The position numbers were made by a program, and so were the translations under genes. The notes below the pieces were generated by a model, which searched no databases, was not told the DNA's origin, and saw only the letters and a program-made list of their open reading frames with translations. Shown here one piece after another: positions 42,466 to 51,934 of a stretch of 64,000 bases of DNA (position 1 is the stretch's first letter; every line of letters begins with the position of its first letter). Source of the stretch: an uncultured Chloroflexia bacterium (lineage in GTDB: Bacteria > Chloroflexota > Limnocylindria > QHBO01); NCBI GenBank assembly GCA_963814375.1, contig CAWFCQ010000006.1, forward strand, positions 528 to 64,527, read 5' to 3'.

Positions 42466-43137
42466 TCAGCCATCCTCGTTGTTTTCGAAATCTGGCCAAG
42501 CCGCGATGTCGACGCCATGGTTCTCGGGCGACGCGACTGTCCACCAGTGAGGCGCATGCGTGTCGTCGGCGAGCCGTCCGCCCGCTTCCATCGCCGCCGC
42601 GACCCTCGCTTCAGCGTGATCCGCCGGCACGCTGACGTCGATGTGCGTCCGGCCGCGCCCCGGTTTGGGTGGGTGGAGGCGTTGGAACGACACGTGCGGA
42701 TTGCGGCGGTGCCGATCGACGACGTCCTCATTCGCTCCGAGGCTCCTGTAGCCGAGGGCGGCCGCCCAGAACGGCCCTACGTCGCTGCCGGCATCCTGTG
42801 CCACGGCGATGCCCACGACCTGAACCTGGGACGGGTCCGGCTCAGCGTGTAGCGTCCGAGCCTCGACCGAGATCCGGCGGGCCAGCTCAACGTCACGCTC
42901 GCTCAGGGCGCCGTACTCGCCGGACGCGGTCCGGACCGTCACCCCCTCCGGCCGCAGGTCCACATCGGGGAAGTGGCCCACGGCCTCGGCCACCTCTGCG
43001 ATCGCGGCAACAAATCTGGCTCCGTCCGCGAACGACTGAACGCCGAAAAAGGCATGCGCGCCCGAAAACAGGACCCGCCAGTCCTCCACTCCGACGGCGT
43101 CGTGGAAGGCCCGGGCAGTTGTTCGCTTCTCGCTCAT
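42466..43137 (-). CDS. pterin-4a-carbinolamine dehydratase-like domain fused to VOC/glyoxalase-like domain
   Basis: The N-terminus reads F.....F.DGARFVAAIAEVAEAVGHFPDVDLRPEGVTV. The C-terminus has a VOC-like beta-alpha-beta pattern. Confidence 0.65.
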   Translation of the reverse strand: MSEKRTTARAFHDAVGVEDWRVLFSGAHAFFGVQSFADGARFVAAIAEVAEAVGHFPDVDLRPEGVTVRTASGEYGALSERDVELARRISVEARTLHAEPDPSQVQVVGIAVAQDAGSDVGPFWAAALGYRSLGANEDVVDRHRRNPHVSFQRLHPPKPGRGRTHIDVSVPADHAEARVAAAMEAGGRLADDTHAPHWWTVASPENHGVDIAAWPDFENNEDG

Positions 43138-43149
43138 GGGCCGATTCTA

Positions 43150-43475
43150 GGCAGGCATGGAAAACGGGACTCCTCGCGATCCATCGCGGCCGATGCACCC
43201 GAGGCCCGATCGAGGTGCTGATCCCGCGATCCATCGCGGCCTCGCACGCACGAGCAGCACCTCCAGGTGCGCTTCAGGCGTGCCGGTTCGCGATCCATCG
43301 CGGGAACGCAACCCCAGGCGGGCTTCTGGTGAATCTGTCGCGATCGGTCGGGCCGGAATCCGCCGATCTATCGGTCAATCCTTCACACGAACGCTCGATC
43401 GCGTGCCGTCATGACCGATGTATCGGTTGGAATCGCGCGGGAAGGCACGGTCGCGTGAGCTTCTGACCGATCTAT
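43150..43475. repeat. ~320-bp non-coding repeat, copy A: seven CGAT-NN-ATCG mini-palindromes
   Basis: Boxes: CGCGATCCATCGCG at 43165, 43215 and 43279; GCGATCGGTCG at 43328; CCGATCTATCGG at 43353; ACCGATGTATCGGT at 43404; GACCGATCTATCGGTC at 43455. About 80% identical to 48885-49200. Confidence 0.7.
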
Positions 43476-43523
43476 CGGTCTATTCGGGCGACCCGCCTCG
43501 GGCCAGCCGGTTGGCCGCGCGCT

Positions 43524-43967
43524 CTAGCTGGCCGCCCCCGCGGCGACCAGGTAGCCCTCGGTGACCTCGTCCTTGTGGGCGGCGAAGGCAGCGAGGACCT
43601 CGCCCTTCTCCGTCTCGGGCACGCCGACGGTGTCCAGCGTTCGGCCGAGCTCGGCCGCGACCTCGTCGAACTCGTCGGGTGAGATCTTCAGCTGCCGATG
43701 CGCCTCCTCGAGGCCAAGGGCCGTGCTGCCCGGGCGCACCGCGGTGTACTGGAAGGGGCCGCCGGCGACGTTGCACACCCACAGCGTGCGCATGAACTTC
43801 AGGCCCGGCAGGCGGTCGAGGCTGTTCGTATGCCACTCGCGCAGCGCGGGATTCTCCGACTGCTGCCCCACGATCGGGTTCTTGATCAGCGCATCGCTGA
43901 AGTGATCGACGACGGCGGCGATCGAGAAGGCTCCGCCGAGTCGGTCATAGAGGGTTGGGTCGCCCAT
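43524..43967 (-). CDS. glbN: group I truncated haemoglobin
   Basis: 147-aa ORF: LYDRLGG...AVVD.F......P........H..L.I...EFD. Confidence 0.85.
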   Translation of the reverse strand: MGDPTLYDRLGGAFSIAAVVDHFSDALIKNPIVGQQSENPALREWHTNSLDRLPGLKFMRTLWVCNVAGGPFQYTAVRPGSTALGLEEAHRQLKISPDEFDEVAAELGRTLDTVGVPETEKGEVLAAFAAHKDEVTEGYLVAAGAAS

Positions 43968-44068
43968 GGTCGTGCACTCCTCGCGCTCTATCGCTAGTCA
44001 GCGCTAGTGCTACACCCGCCGGGAGGCGCGTGTCAAGAGGGCGAGCGCCCGACGGCTCCGGGAAAGAC

Positions 44069-44096
44069 GAAGGCCCCCGCCGAAGCGGGGGCCTTC
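44069..44096 (-). terminator. 12-bp perfect stem / UUCG-loop hairpin
   Basis: GAAGGCCCCCGC-CGAA-GCGGGGGCCTTC. On the minus strand it is followed by GTCTTTCC. It lies 230 nt downstream of the PPIase stop. Confidence 0.5.
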
Positions 44097-44325
44097 ATTG
44101 CTGCCGGATTCGCTAATTGCAAGGGCATCTTTCACGCACGGTTACCCGTACTACCCTAACCCTAACCTACCCATGGCCTTGCAACCAGTAGTGAATCGCT
44201 GTGCGAACAGCACCGTCAGAATAGACCACCTGTTCCCTTTGGACAAGGGTTTCGGAGGTTTAGATTCCTTTACATTGCAAAGCGGTATGGCCGGCCGACC
44301 GGTGGGAACGGCCGATGCGCCACGC

Positions 44326-44991
44326 TCAGCCCGACGGTGTCGGAGCGCTGTCCGCGCTGATCACGATTGACAGAATCGTCACCGTCTCGAGCGGGACACC
44401 GATGCGCGGGTCGTTCACCGGCACCTCGGCGATCGCGTCGACGACATCCGTCCCGGCGACGACCCTGCCGAAGATCGTGTAGCTGCCGACCGCGCGCAGC
44501 TGGTCGTCGAGATCGGCGAGGGTGATGAAGAACTGGCTGCCGTTGGCAACGGTGTCGTTGGCCATCGCGACCGTGTACTTGTCGAATGCCAGGTCGTCCG
44601 ACGGTGGCTCGATCTCGAAGTCGTAGCCAGGCCCACCCGTGCCGAGGCCCTCGAAGTCACCGGTTTGCGTCCTCGTCTGCGGGTCGCCTGCCTGGATCAC
44701 GAATTCGGCGAGCACGCGGTGGAACCAGATCCCGTCATAGAAGCCGCAGCGTGCCAGCGAGACGAAGTTCGCGGTAGCGATGGGGGCCGCCTCCCCGTAC
44801 AGCTCGATGTCGAACGAGCCGCCGACTCCGCCCTCGACCGTGACCGTGGCGAGCGTGGCGTCCTCCAGGGTGGCTTGGGCGCCATTGCGCGTGGGCGCTT
44901 CGGATGGGCACGGGATCGGCGACGCCGCCGGCGTTGCCTGGCAGGCGGACAGCGCGATGAGGCAGACCAGAAAGCCGACGAGCGCCCTCAT
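44326..44991 (-). CDS. cyclophilin-type peptidyl-prolyl isomerase, lipoprotein
   Basis: Lipobox LSAC, FHRV...F.IQ.GDP, GGPGY.F..E, SQFFIT. Confidence 0.85.
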   Translation of the reverse strand: MRALVGFLVCLIALSACQATPAASPIPCPSEAPTRNGAQATLEDATLATVTVEGGVGGSFDIELYGEAAPIATANFVSLARCGFYDGIWFHRVLAEFVIQAGDPQTRTQTGDFEGLGTGGPGYDFEIEPPSDDLAFDKYTVAMANDTVANGSQFFITLADLDDQLRAVGSYTIFGRVVAGTDVVDAIAEVPVNDPRIGVPLETVTILSIVISADSAPTPSG

Positions 44992-46622
44992 CGGCCGTTC
45001 AGGTCGAACTGGCGGCGGGCGTAGCTGATCGGCATGGTGCCGCCGTACAGCAGCGTGTCGTGGAACCGCCGGAGGTCGAAGGCCGGGCCCTCGTGCTTCT
45101 CAACATCGGCTTTGAGCTGCTCGATCATGTGGCGCCCGTATAGGTACGAGAGCGGCTGCGTGGGCGAGTAGGTGTAGCGCTTGATCTCGGCCATGGCGGC
45201 GGAGCGCTCGAATCCGGTCTCGGCCACGAGCCGGTCGACCGCCGCCTCGAAGCCGATCTGGCCTCGATGCAGCTGGATGTCGAGGATGATCCGCGTCGCG
45301 CGCCAGATCGCATCGGTGTGGACGACGAACCGTCCGGCGGGCGTGTCGTCGAAGCCGGCCTCCTTCATCATTCGCTCGCAGTAGAACGCCCAGCCTTCCG
45401 CGAACTCCGGGGCGTCGGAGAAGAGGCGCACGAGGCTCGGGTTGGTGATCGCCGCCGCCAGCTGGTGGTGGTGGCCCGGATACGCCTCGTGCACGCTGGT
45501 GTTGCTGATCGCGGCCCGGTTGTGCTCGCGCATCATCTCCGGCGAACCCGGAGGGGTGACGATGTACGTGCCGACCGGGACCGCGTCGAACTTCGCCGGC
45601 TCGTAGTACGCGGCGAACGGGATCACGTGGCGCACGTACGTCGGCGTCTCGATCACGTTGAGGTGATCCTCGTCGGGGAGCGTCGCGAGGCCGTGCTCGG
45701 CCACGAAGCTGCGGGCGCGGTCCATCGACGAGCGGTACTCGGCGAGCGACTCGACGAAGGTCGCGGCGTGGTCGCTCTTGACGGCCTCGAGCGCGTCGGC
45801 GGCCGATCCGCCGGGCTCGATCTCGGCGCTCACGGCGTCGCGTGCGGCATGCTCGCTGACGAGGAGCTCCTCGCCGACGGCCAGGATGTCGTCACCGCCT
45901 GCCTCGAGCTCGCGCAGCCGGACCATCTCCTCGAAGTGCTCGGGTCCCGTCACCCACTCGCCTTCGGCGCGCGGAAGGACCTCGTCGCGCAGCCACGCGC
46001 CGTGGTCGGCGAGCGCGGCCTTGGCCTTCTCCGCCGCCGCGTCGAGGCGGTCCATGAGCGGCCCCTCGCCTGCCTCGGCCCGGCCCGCCGCCAGGATCGT
46101 GTCGAGGAACCCCGGCATCTCGCGGGTGGAGACGAGCTCGATCTCGATCCAGAGGCGTACCGGATGCGTCACCCGGTCGCGCGACTCGATCAGAAACCGT
46201 GGCGACTGCTCCAGGCGCGAGGCGATGCTCTCGAGTCGTTCGGTCAGCGGAGCGAAGTCGCGCGTGAAGAGCGGAAAGAGCGCCTCGCCGATGCGATCGG
46301 CGCCTTCCGTCCCGCCTGCCCAGGCCCGATGCTCCGTCAGCCAGAAGTGGCCGAGCCGCGCCTGGTGGATGGCGAGGTCTCGGTCGAGGGCACGTTCCGG
46401 CGTCAGCTCCGAAGGGTCGAAGCCGGAGAGCTCATCGATCGTGCGTCGATAGAACGCGATCTCCTCGTCGATTGCATCGCGTCCTCCGCGCGAGAGATCG
46501 CCATCTCGATCGTGGATGCCGAAGTAGGTCGCCGTCTCCGGGCGCATCGCCAGCTGGTCGCGGAACCAGCGGTCGATCGTGCGATCGAACCTCGCGTCCG
46601 CATCGGACGGTGCCATCGTCAT
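44988..46622 (-). CDS. DUF885-family protein
   Basis: 544-aa intact ORF with the HEAYPGHHHQ motif. Confidence 0.8.
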   Translation of the reverse strand: MTMAPSDADARFDRTIDRWFRDQLAMRPETATYFGIHDRDGDLSRGGRDAIDEEIAFYRRTIDELSGFDPSELTPERALDRDLAIHQARLGHFWLTEHRAWAGGTEGADRIGEALFPLFTRDFAPLTERLESIASRLEQSPRFLIESRDRVTHPVRLWIEIELVSTREMPGFLDTILAAGRAEAGEGPLMDRLDAAAEKAKAALADHGAWLRDEVLPRAEGEWVTGPEHFEEMVRLRELEAGGDDILAVGEELLVSEHAARDAVSAEIEPGGSAADALEAVKSDHAATFVESLAEYRSSMDRARSFVAEHGLATLPDEDHLNVIETPTYVRHVIPFAAYYEPAKFDAVPVGTYIVTPPGSPEMMREHNRAAISNTSVHEAYPGHHHQLAAAITNPSLVRLFSDAPEFAEGWAFYCERMMKEAGFDDTPAGRFVVHTDAIWRATRIILDIQLHRGQIGFEAAVDRLVAETGFERSAAMAEIKRYTYSPTQPLSYLYGRHMIEQLKADVEKHEGPAFDLRRFHDTLLYGGTMPISYARRQFDLNGR

Positions 46623-46688
46623 GTTGGGCTCACCTCGGGGCTGCGCCGCGCGGTCGCGTCGGCGCCGTGGGCTTGGCGGTGGGAGGCG

Positions 46689-47732
46689 TCAGCCGGCGGG
46701 AGCCAGGACGCGCTCGAGGAAGCCTAGCACCCAGGCGCCGTAGGCCTCGTTGCAGACCTCCGGCGACTCGGTATGCCCGGCTCCCGCGCACATCTCGAGC
46801 GTCGCCGGCGAGCCTGCCTCGGTCGCCGCCGCCAGCAGGTCCTGCGGATCGTCAGCGCCGATCGAGGTGTCCTGGTCGCCCGAGATGATGAGCACCGGCC
46901 GCTCGTCGAGCCGGGCGATTGCCTGCACCGGATCGGCAGAGCTGACATCCTCGCCGGTGCGCATCAGCGTCCCGAGCAGAGTGGCCCAGCTGCCGGGCAC
47001 CGCCAGCGGGTAACCGCCACTCTCCAGCCGGGCCACGATGGCGTTGGCCAGCGTCGCGTGGGTCGACTCGATGACCACGGCGTCGATCCGCTCGTCGCCG
47101 TCGGCTGCGCCGAGCACGCTCGCCCCACCCATCGACACCCCGAGCAGGGCGACCCGGTCCGGGCCCTTGGTCGCCTCGAGCCAGTCGACGATGGCCCGCA
47201 CGTCGCCGGCCTCCCGGACGCCCTGCGTCGTCAGGGATGCCTCGCTCTGGCCATGGTTCCGGAAGTCGATGAGGACGAGGTTGTAGGCGTCGTGCAGCAG
47301 CGCCGCGCGGTCGAGGAGGTTGCTCTTGTTGCTGCTCCAGCCGTGTGCCAGCACGACCGTCGGCCCGGTCGGCCCGACGCCGCTTGCGGCGGGCACGTAC
47401 CAGCCCGCCAGCCGTACGCCATCAGCGCTCGTCAGCGCCTCGCCGGCCGGAGCGCCCTGGGACGCGCAGTCTTCCGGATCGGGCACGTGCTCGACCGCGG
47501 CATCGGTGGCGATGTCGTAGTTGATGGCCTCGTACTCCCAGCCCAGCAGCGCCGGGGTGCGGCAATCGGTGGTGTCGTTGGGCGCATCGGTCAGCCGGGC
47601 GGACGCGTCGTAGCCGATGTAGGCGAAGTACACGACGAGGGCCACGAGGAGAGCGGCGAAACCGAAGCTGACCCACCGCGCGATACGGGTGCGGCGCTCG
47701 GTCGCCGGATCCAGGGGCAGCTCAAAGGGCAT
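46689..47732 (-). CDS. membrane-anchored alpha/beta hydrolase
   Basis: Reading from MPFELPL. It has an N-terminal TM, HGWSS, the nucleophile elbow GVSMGG, and GAGH. Confidence 0.75.
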   Translation of the reverse strand: MPFELPLDPATERRTRIARWVSFGFAALLVALVVYFAYIGYDASARLTDAPNDTTDCRTPALLGWEYEAINYDIATDAAVEHVPDPEDCASQGAPAGEALTSADGVRLAGWYVPAASGVGPTGPTVVLAHGWSSNKSNLLDRAALLHDAYNLVLIDFRNHGQSEASLTTQGVREAGDVRAIVDWLEATKGPDRVALLGVSMGGASVLGAADGDERIDAVVIESTHATLANAIVARLESGGYPLAVPGSWATLLGTLMRTGEDVSSADPVQAIARLDERPVLIISGDQDTSIGADDPQDLLAAATEAGSPATLEMCAGAGHTESPEVCNEAYGAWVLGFLERVLAPAG

Positions 47733-47793
47733 CCGGGCGGGAGTATACGGCCCGCTCGCCGGGCAGCCGCGTTCCGCGTACAATCCCTCGCCG

Positions 47794-48285
47794 ATGACCA
47801 GCCGCCCGACGATCCGAGCCGCGTCTGCCGCCGTCGCCCGCCGCCGGGGCGCCCACGCGCTCACCCCCGAGCACCTGGGCGACGCAACCGCGGCCGCGAC
47901 CCTGGCGGTCATCGTCGGGGGCATCGCCCTGATCATCACGGGCATCGGGATGATCGCGATGGCGCTCACCATCGGAGCCCGATTCGGCAGCGAGCCGCCC
48001 CCGAACGTCGGCTCGCTCGCGATCCTTCCGATCGAGATCGGCATCGGCGTCCTCCTCCTCGGCGGAGCGCTGGCGGTCGGCGGCGTCGCGGTGCTCGCGG
48101 ACGCCACCCGCGCGCGTCCGATCACCGGCGCCCTCGCCGCGGTTGCCGCCGGCCTGGCGGCCCTGGGTACGGTCGCGGTGATGACCCTTCCCCCTCCGGC
48201 GCCGGTCATCGCGATCGCCCTCACCGTCGCGGCCCTCGTCTTCGGCATCGCCGCGCTGCTGCTGCTCCTGCGCCCTCGCCGCTGA
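47794..48285 (+). CDS. membrane protein, unknown function
   Basis: ~163 aa from ATG 47794, four hydrophobic helices. Confidence 0.5.
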   Translation: MTSRPTIRAASAAVARRRGAHALTPEHLGDATAAATLAVIVGGIALIITGIGMIAMALTIGARFGSEPPPNVGSLAILPIEIGIGVLLLGGALAVGGVAVLADATRARPITGALAAVAAGLAALGTVAVMTLPPPAPVIAIALTVAALVFGIAALLLLLRPRR

Positions 48286-48295
48286 ATCGGCCCTC

Positions 48296-48730
48296 ATGGC
48301 CCGCTCGATCCTGATCGTCGCCGCGATCGCGTGGCTCGTGGCGGGCGTGGCGGCGCTGGCGGTGGCGCTCTTCGGCAGCGCGTGGGTCACCAGCCTCCTT
48401 CCCCCTCTGACGATCGACGCCGATGCGGTTCGTGGCGCCACCACGGCGCTCGCGTTCGGCCTCCTGGCGATCGGGGCGGCGCACCTGGCTGTGCTCGCAT
48501 CGATGCGCGCCGGCCATCGGCTCGCGCACAGCGCCGGCATCCTCCTGGCTGCCTTCCTGGCGGCCGCCCTCTTTGCGTTGGCGGTGGCGTCGGCGACGAG
48601 CGCGATGGTGACCCCGGCGAGTGCTCCGATCTTCGTTGCGGTCGCGGTCGGATGCGCCGTCGCGTCGGCCGGCTACGGGCTCGTCGCCGTGCGACTCATC
48701 GGCGAGCGGAGGTCCGAATCGGCCTTCTGA
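48296..48730 (+). CDS. membrane protein, unknown function
   Basis: 144-aa ORF, four hydrophobic helices. Architecture resembles the preceding gene. Confidence 0.5.
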   Translation: MARSILIVAAIAWLVAGVAALAVALFGSAWVTSLLPPLTIDADAVRGATTALAFGLLAIGAAHLAVLASMRAGHRLAHSAGILLAAFLAAALFALAVASATSAMVTPASAPIFVAVAVGCAVASAGYGLVAVRLIGERRSESAF

Positions 48731-48786
48731 GGGCCCTCTGAAGGGCGTTCTGATGTCTGCTATGCTCGGCCACCGTCACTCCCCGC

Positions 48787-48863
48787 GGGCCCGTGGTGTA
48801 GTGGCCCAACATGCCAGCCTGTCACGCTGGAGATCGCCGGTTCGAATCCGGTCGGGCCCGCCA
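48787..48863 (+). tRNA. tRNA-Asp: tRNA-Asp (anticodon GTC), CCA encoded
   Basis: GGGCCCGTGGTGTAGTGGCCCAACATGCCAGCCTGTCACGCTGGAGATCGCCGGTTCGAATCCGGTCGGGCCCGCCA. Anticodon loop CU-GUC-AC. Confidence 0.9.
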
Positions 48864-48884
48864 GTCTAGCAGTCGAGCTCGGCC

Positions 48885-49200
48885 TCGCGCTGCCCACCGG
48901 TCGCGATCCTTCGCGGCCGATGCACCGGGGGCCGATCGAGGTGCTCTCGCGATCCATCGCGGCCCACACGCACGAGCAGCACCTCCAGGCGTTCTTCAGG
49001 CGTGCCGGATCGCGATCCATCGAGGAAACGCAGCCTCAGGTGCGCTCTGGTGAATCCGTCGCGATCGGTCGAGCCGAATCGCCGATCTATCGGGTGAATC
49101 TTCACGGGGTAGTCCTGGGTGTCGTGTCGACCGATGTATCGGTCCTAATCACACCGGGAAGGCTCCGCCGTGTGAGCTTCTGACCGATCTATCGGCGGTT
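48885..49200. repeat. ~320-bp mini-palindrome repeat, copy B (starts ~20 nt after tRNA-Asp)
   Basis: Same seven boxes in the same order as copy A, at 48902, 48948, 49011, 49058, 49081, 49129 and 49182. Confidence 0.7.
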
Positions 49201-49206
49201 GCGCGG

Positions 49207-50037
49207 TCAGCGCTTGCCGCGGCCTCCGGCGGCGTCCTGGACGGCCTCCTTCGTCGCCTTGCGGCTGGCCGCCTCCTTCTGGGTCTGCTCGCGCGACTGG
49301 TAGTGCCTGGTGATAGCCTCGCAGGCCTCGTCGATGTCGTCGGTGATCGTCACGAGATCGAGGTCCTCGACGCTGACCTTCTCCTCGTACAGCGGCTTGT
49401 CCCGGATCCACTGCATCATCCCCTCCCAGTAGTCCTTGCCGTAAAGGACGACCGGGAAGTGCTCCACCTTTCCGGTCTGGATGAGGGTCAGCGCCTCGAA
49501 CAGCTCGTCGAGCGTCCCGAAGCCGCCGGGAAAGATGACGAACCCCTCCGCGTACTTCACGAACATCACCTTGCGCACGAAGAAGTAGCGGAACTCCATG
49601 CCGAGATCGACGTATTCGTTGAGCCCCTGCTCGAACGGCAGCTCGATGTTGCAGCCGATCGAGATGCCGTCGGCCTCCTTCGCGCCGCGGTTGGCGGCCT
49701 CCATGATCCCCGGGCCGCCGCCGGTGATGATGGCGAAGCCCTCCTTGACGAGCGCGGCGGCGAGGCGGCGTGCGGCACCGTAGTAGCGGTTGCGGCGGCC
49801 GACGCGCGCGGAGCCGAAGATGCTGACGGCTGGGCCCACCTCGGCGAGGGCGTCGAAGCCCTCCACGAACTCGCCGAGGATGCGCAGCGTGCGCCACGTG
49901 TCGGTCTCCTGGAAGGCCGATGTCGGCTCGCGCGATCGAAGGAGCTTCTGGTCCTCCGTGCCGTGATCGTCGGGCGTATGTCTGCGCACGACGACGGCTC
50001 CGCGTCGGCGTTCGGGCTCTTTCTTCCTACGCGGCAT
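49207..50037 (-). CDS. LOG-family (TIGR00730) nucleotide phosphoribohydrolase
   Basis: 276-aa ORF: GGGPGIMEA...PGGFGTLDELFE. Confidence 0.85.
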   Translation of the reverse strand: MPRRKKEPERRRGAVVVRRHTPDDHGTEDQKLLRSREPTSAFQETDTWRTLRILGEFVEGFDALAEVGPAVSIFGSARVGRRNRYYGAARRLAAALVKEGFAIITGGGPGIMEAANRGAKEADGISIGCNIELPFEQGLNEYVDLGMEFRYFFVRKVMFVKYAEGFVIFPGGFGTLDELFEALTLIQTGKVEHFPVVLYGKDYWEGMMQWIRDKPLYEEKVSVEDLDLVTITDDIDEACEAITRHYQSREQTQKEAASRKATKEAVQDAAGGRGKR

Positions 50038-50151
50038 GGTTCCTCTCGCGCTCGACAGCCATTGGGACCGATGTTAGGGTGGGCCCTCGCCGGCATGGCA
50101 CCTGCATCGCGTGGGCCCTGCCGGCTGGACTACGTAATGGGATGAATTCTA

Positions 50152-51398
<1,247 letters not shown>

Positions 51399-51433
51399 GT
51401 CGTTCGGCACCCGGGGGCGTGTAGCATCGGGGG

Positions 51434-51877
51434 ATGCTCCAGCCGATCAGGGTGGGACACGTGGTGCTCAAGGTCCGCGATCTTGATCGATCCCTCGCGT
51501 TTTACCGTGACACGCTGGGCTTTCGCGTTGCGAGCGAGATGAGCAACGTGATGATCTTCCTCACCGCCACCGGCGAGAACCACCACGACCTCGCGCTGCT
51601 GCGCGTCGGCGACTCGGCGCCGTCGCCGGTGCCGACCGCGGTCGGCCTGTACCACGTCGCCGTCCAGCTGGCCGACTGGGAGGCTGTCAAGCGCGCGCAT
51701 GGCGTGCTCTCCGAGCGTGGACTTCTGAAGGGCAGCGCCGACCATGGCGTGACGCGCAGCCTCTACACCGCCGACCCGGACGGCAACGAGATCGAGCTCT
51801 ACTGCGACGCCCCCCGCGAGGAGTGGGAGGGACGGGTCGACGCGGTCATGACCGTGCGGCCGCTCGCCCTCGACTGA
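51434..51877 (+). CDS. VOC/glyoxalase-family protein
   Basis: 147-aa ORF: VGHVVLKVRDLDRSLAFYRDTLGF...HH.A......DPDGN.IEL. Confidence 0.8.
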   Translation: MLQPIRVGHVVLKVRDLDRSLAFYRDTLGFRVASEMSNVMIFLTATGENHHDLALLRVGDSAPSPVPTAVGLYHVAVQLADWEAVKRAHGVLSERGLLKGSADHGVTRSLYTADPDGNEIELYCDAPREEWEGRVDAVMTVRPLALD

Positions 51878-51934
51878 TCGGCACGCAGCCGGCGGCCCGG
51901 TCCCGGCGGCACGAGGCTTGCGTCCCAGACGGGC

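Noticed and set aside
43150-43475. CRISPR array interpretation of the regularly spaced palindromic boxes
   Set aside because: The boxes are only 12-16 bp and differ from one another. Spacing is irregular (25-64 bp). The 'spacers' are conserved between copies, and no cas genes or leader are present.
41642-43500. tRNA-Arg- or tRNA-Asp-associated genomic island or prophage
   Set aside because: No integrase, recombinase or phage genes are present, nor a direct repeat of either tRNA 3' end. The neighbouring genes are small metabolic or hypothetical genes.
44154-44167. Telomere-like CCCTAACCCTAACC (complement of TTAGGG repeats)
   Set aside because: There are only two units, in the interior of a bacterial contig, with no array. 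It is most simply chance within an AT-richer spacer. The related G4-capable tract is mentioned under the candidate-RNA finding.
50038-50151. ydaO/c-di-AMP riboswitch in front of the rlpA-like/rpf genes
   Set aside because: The expected conserved blocks (GGGGA.CCA, GGGGUGAAUC, CCGAAUCCGACAGCUAACC) are absent and the leader is too short.
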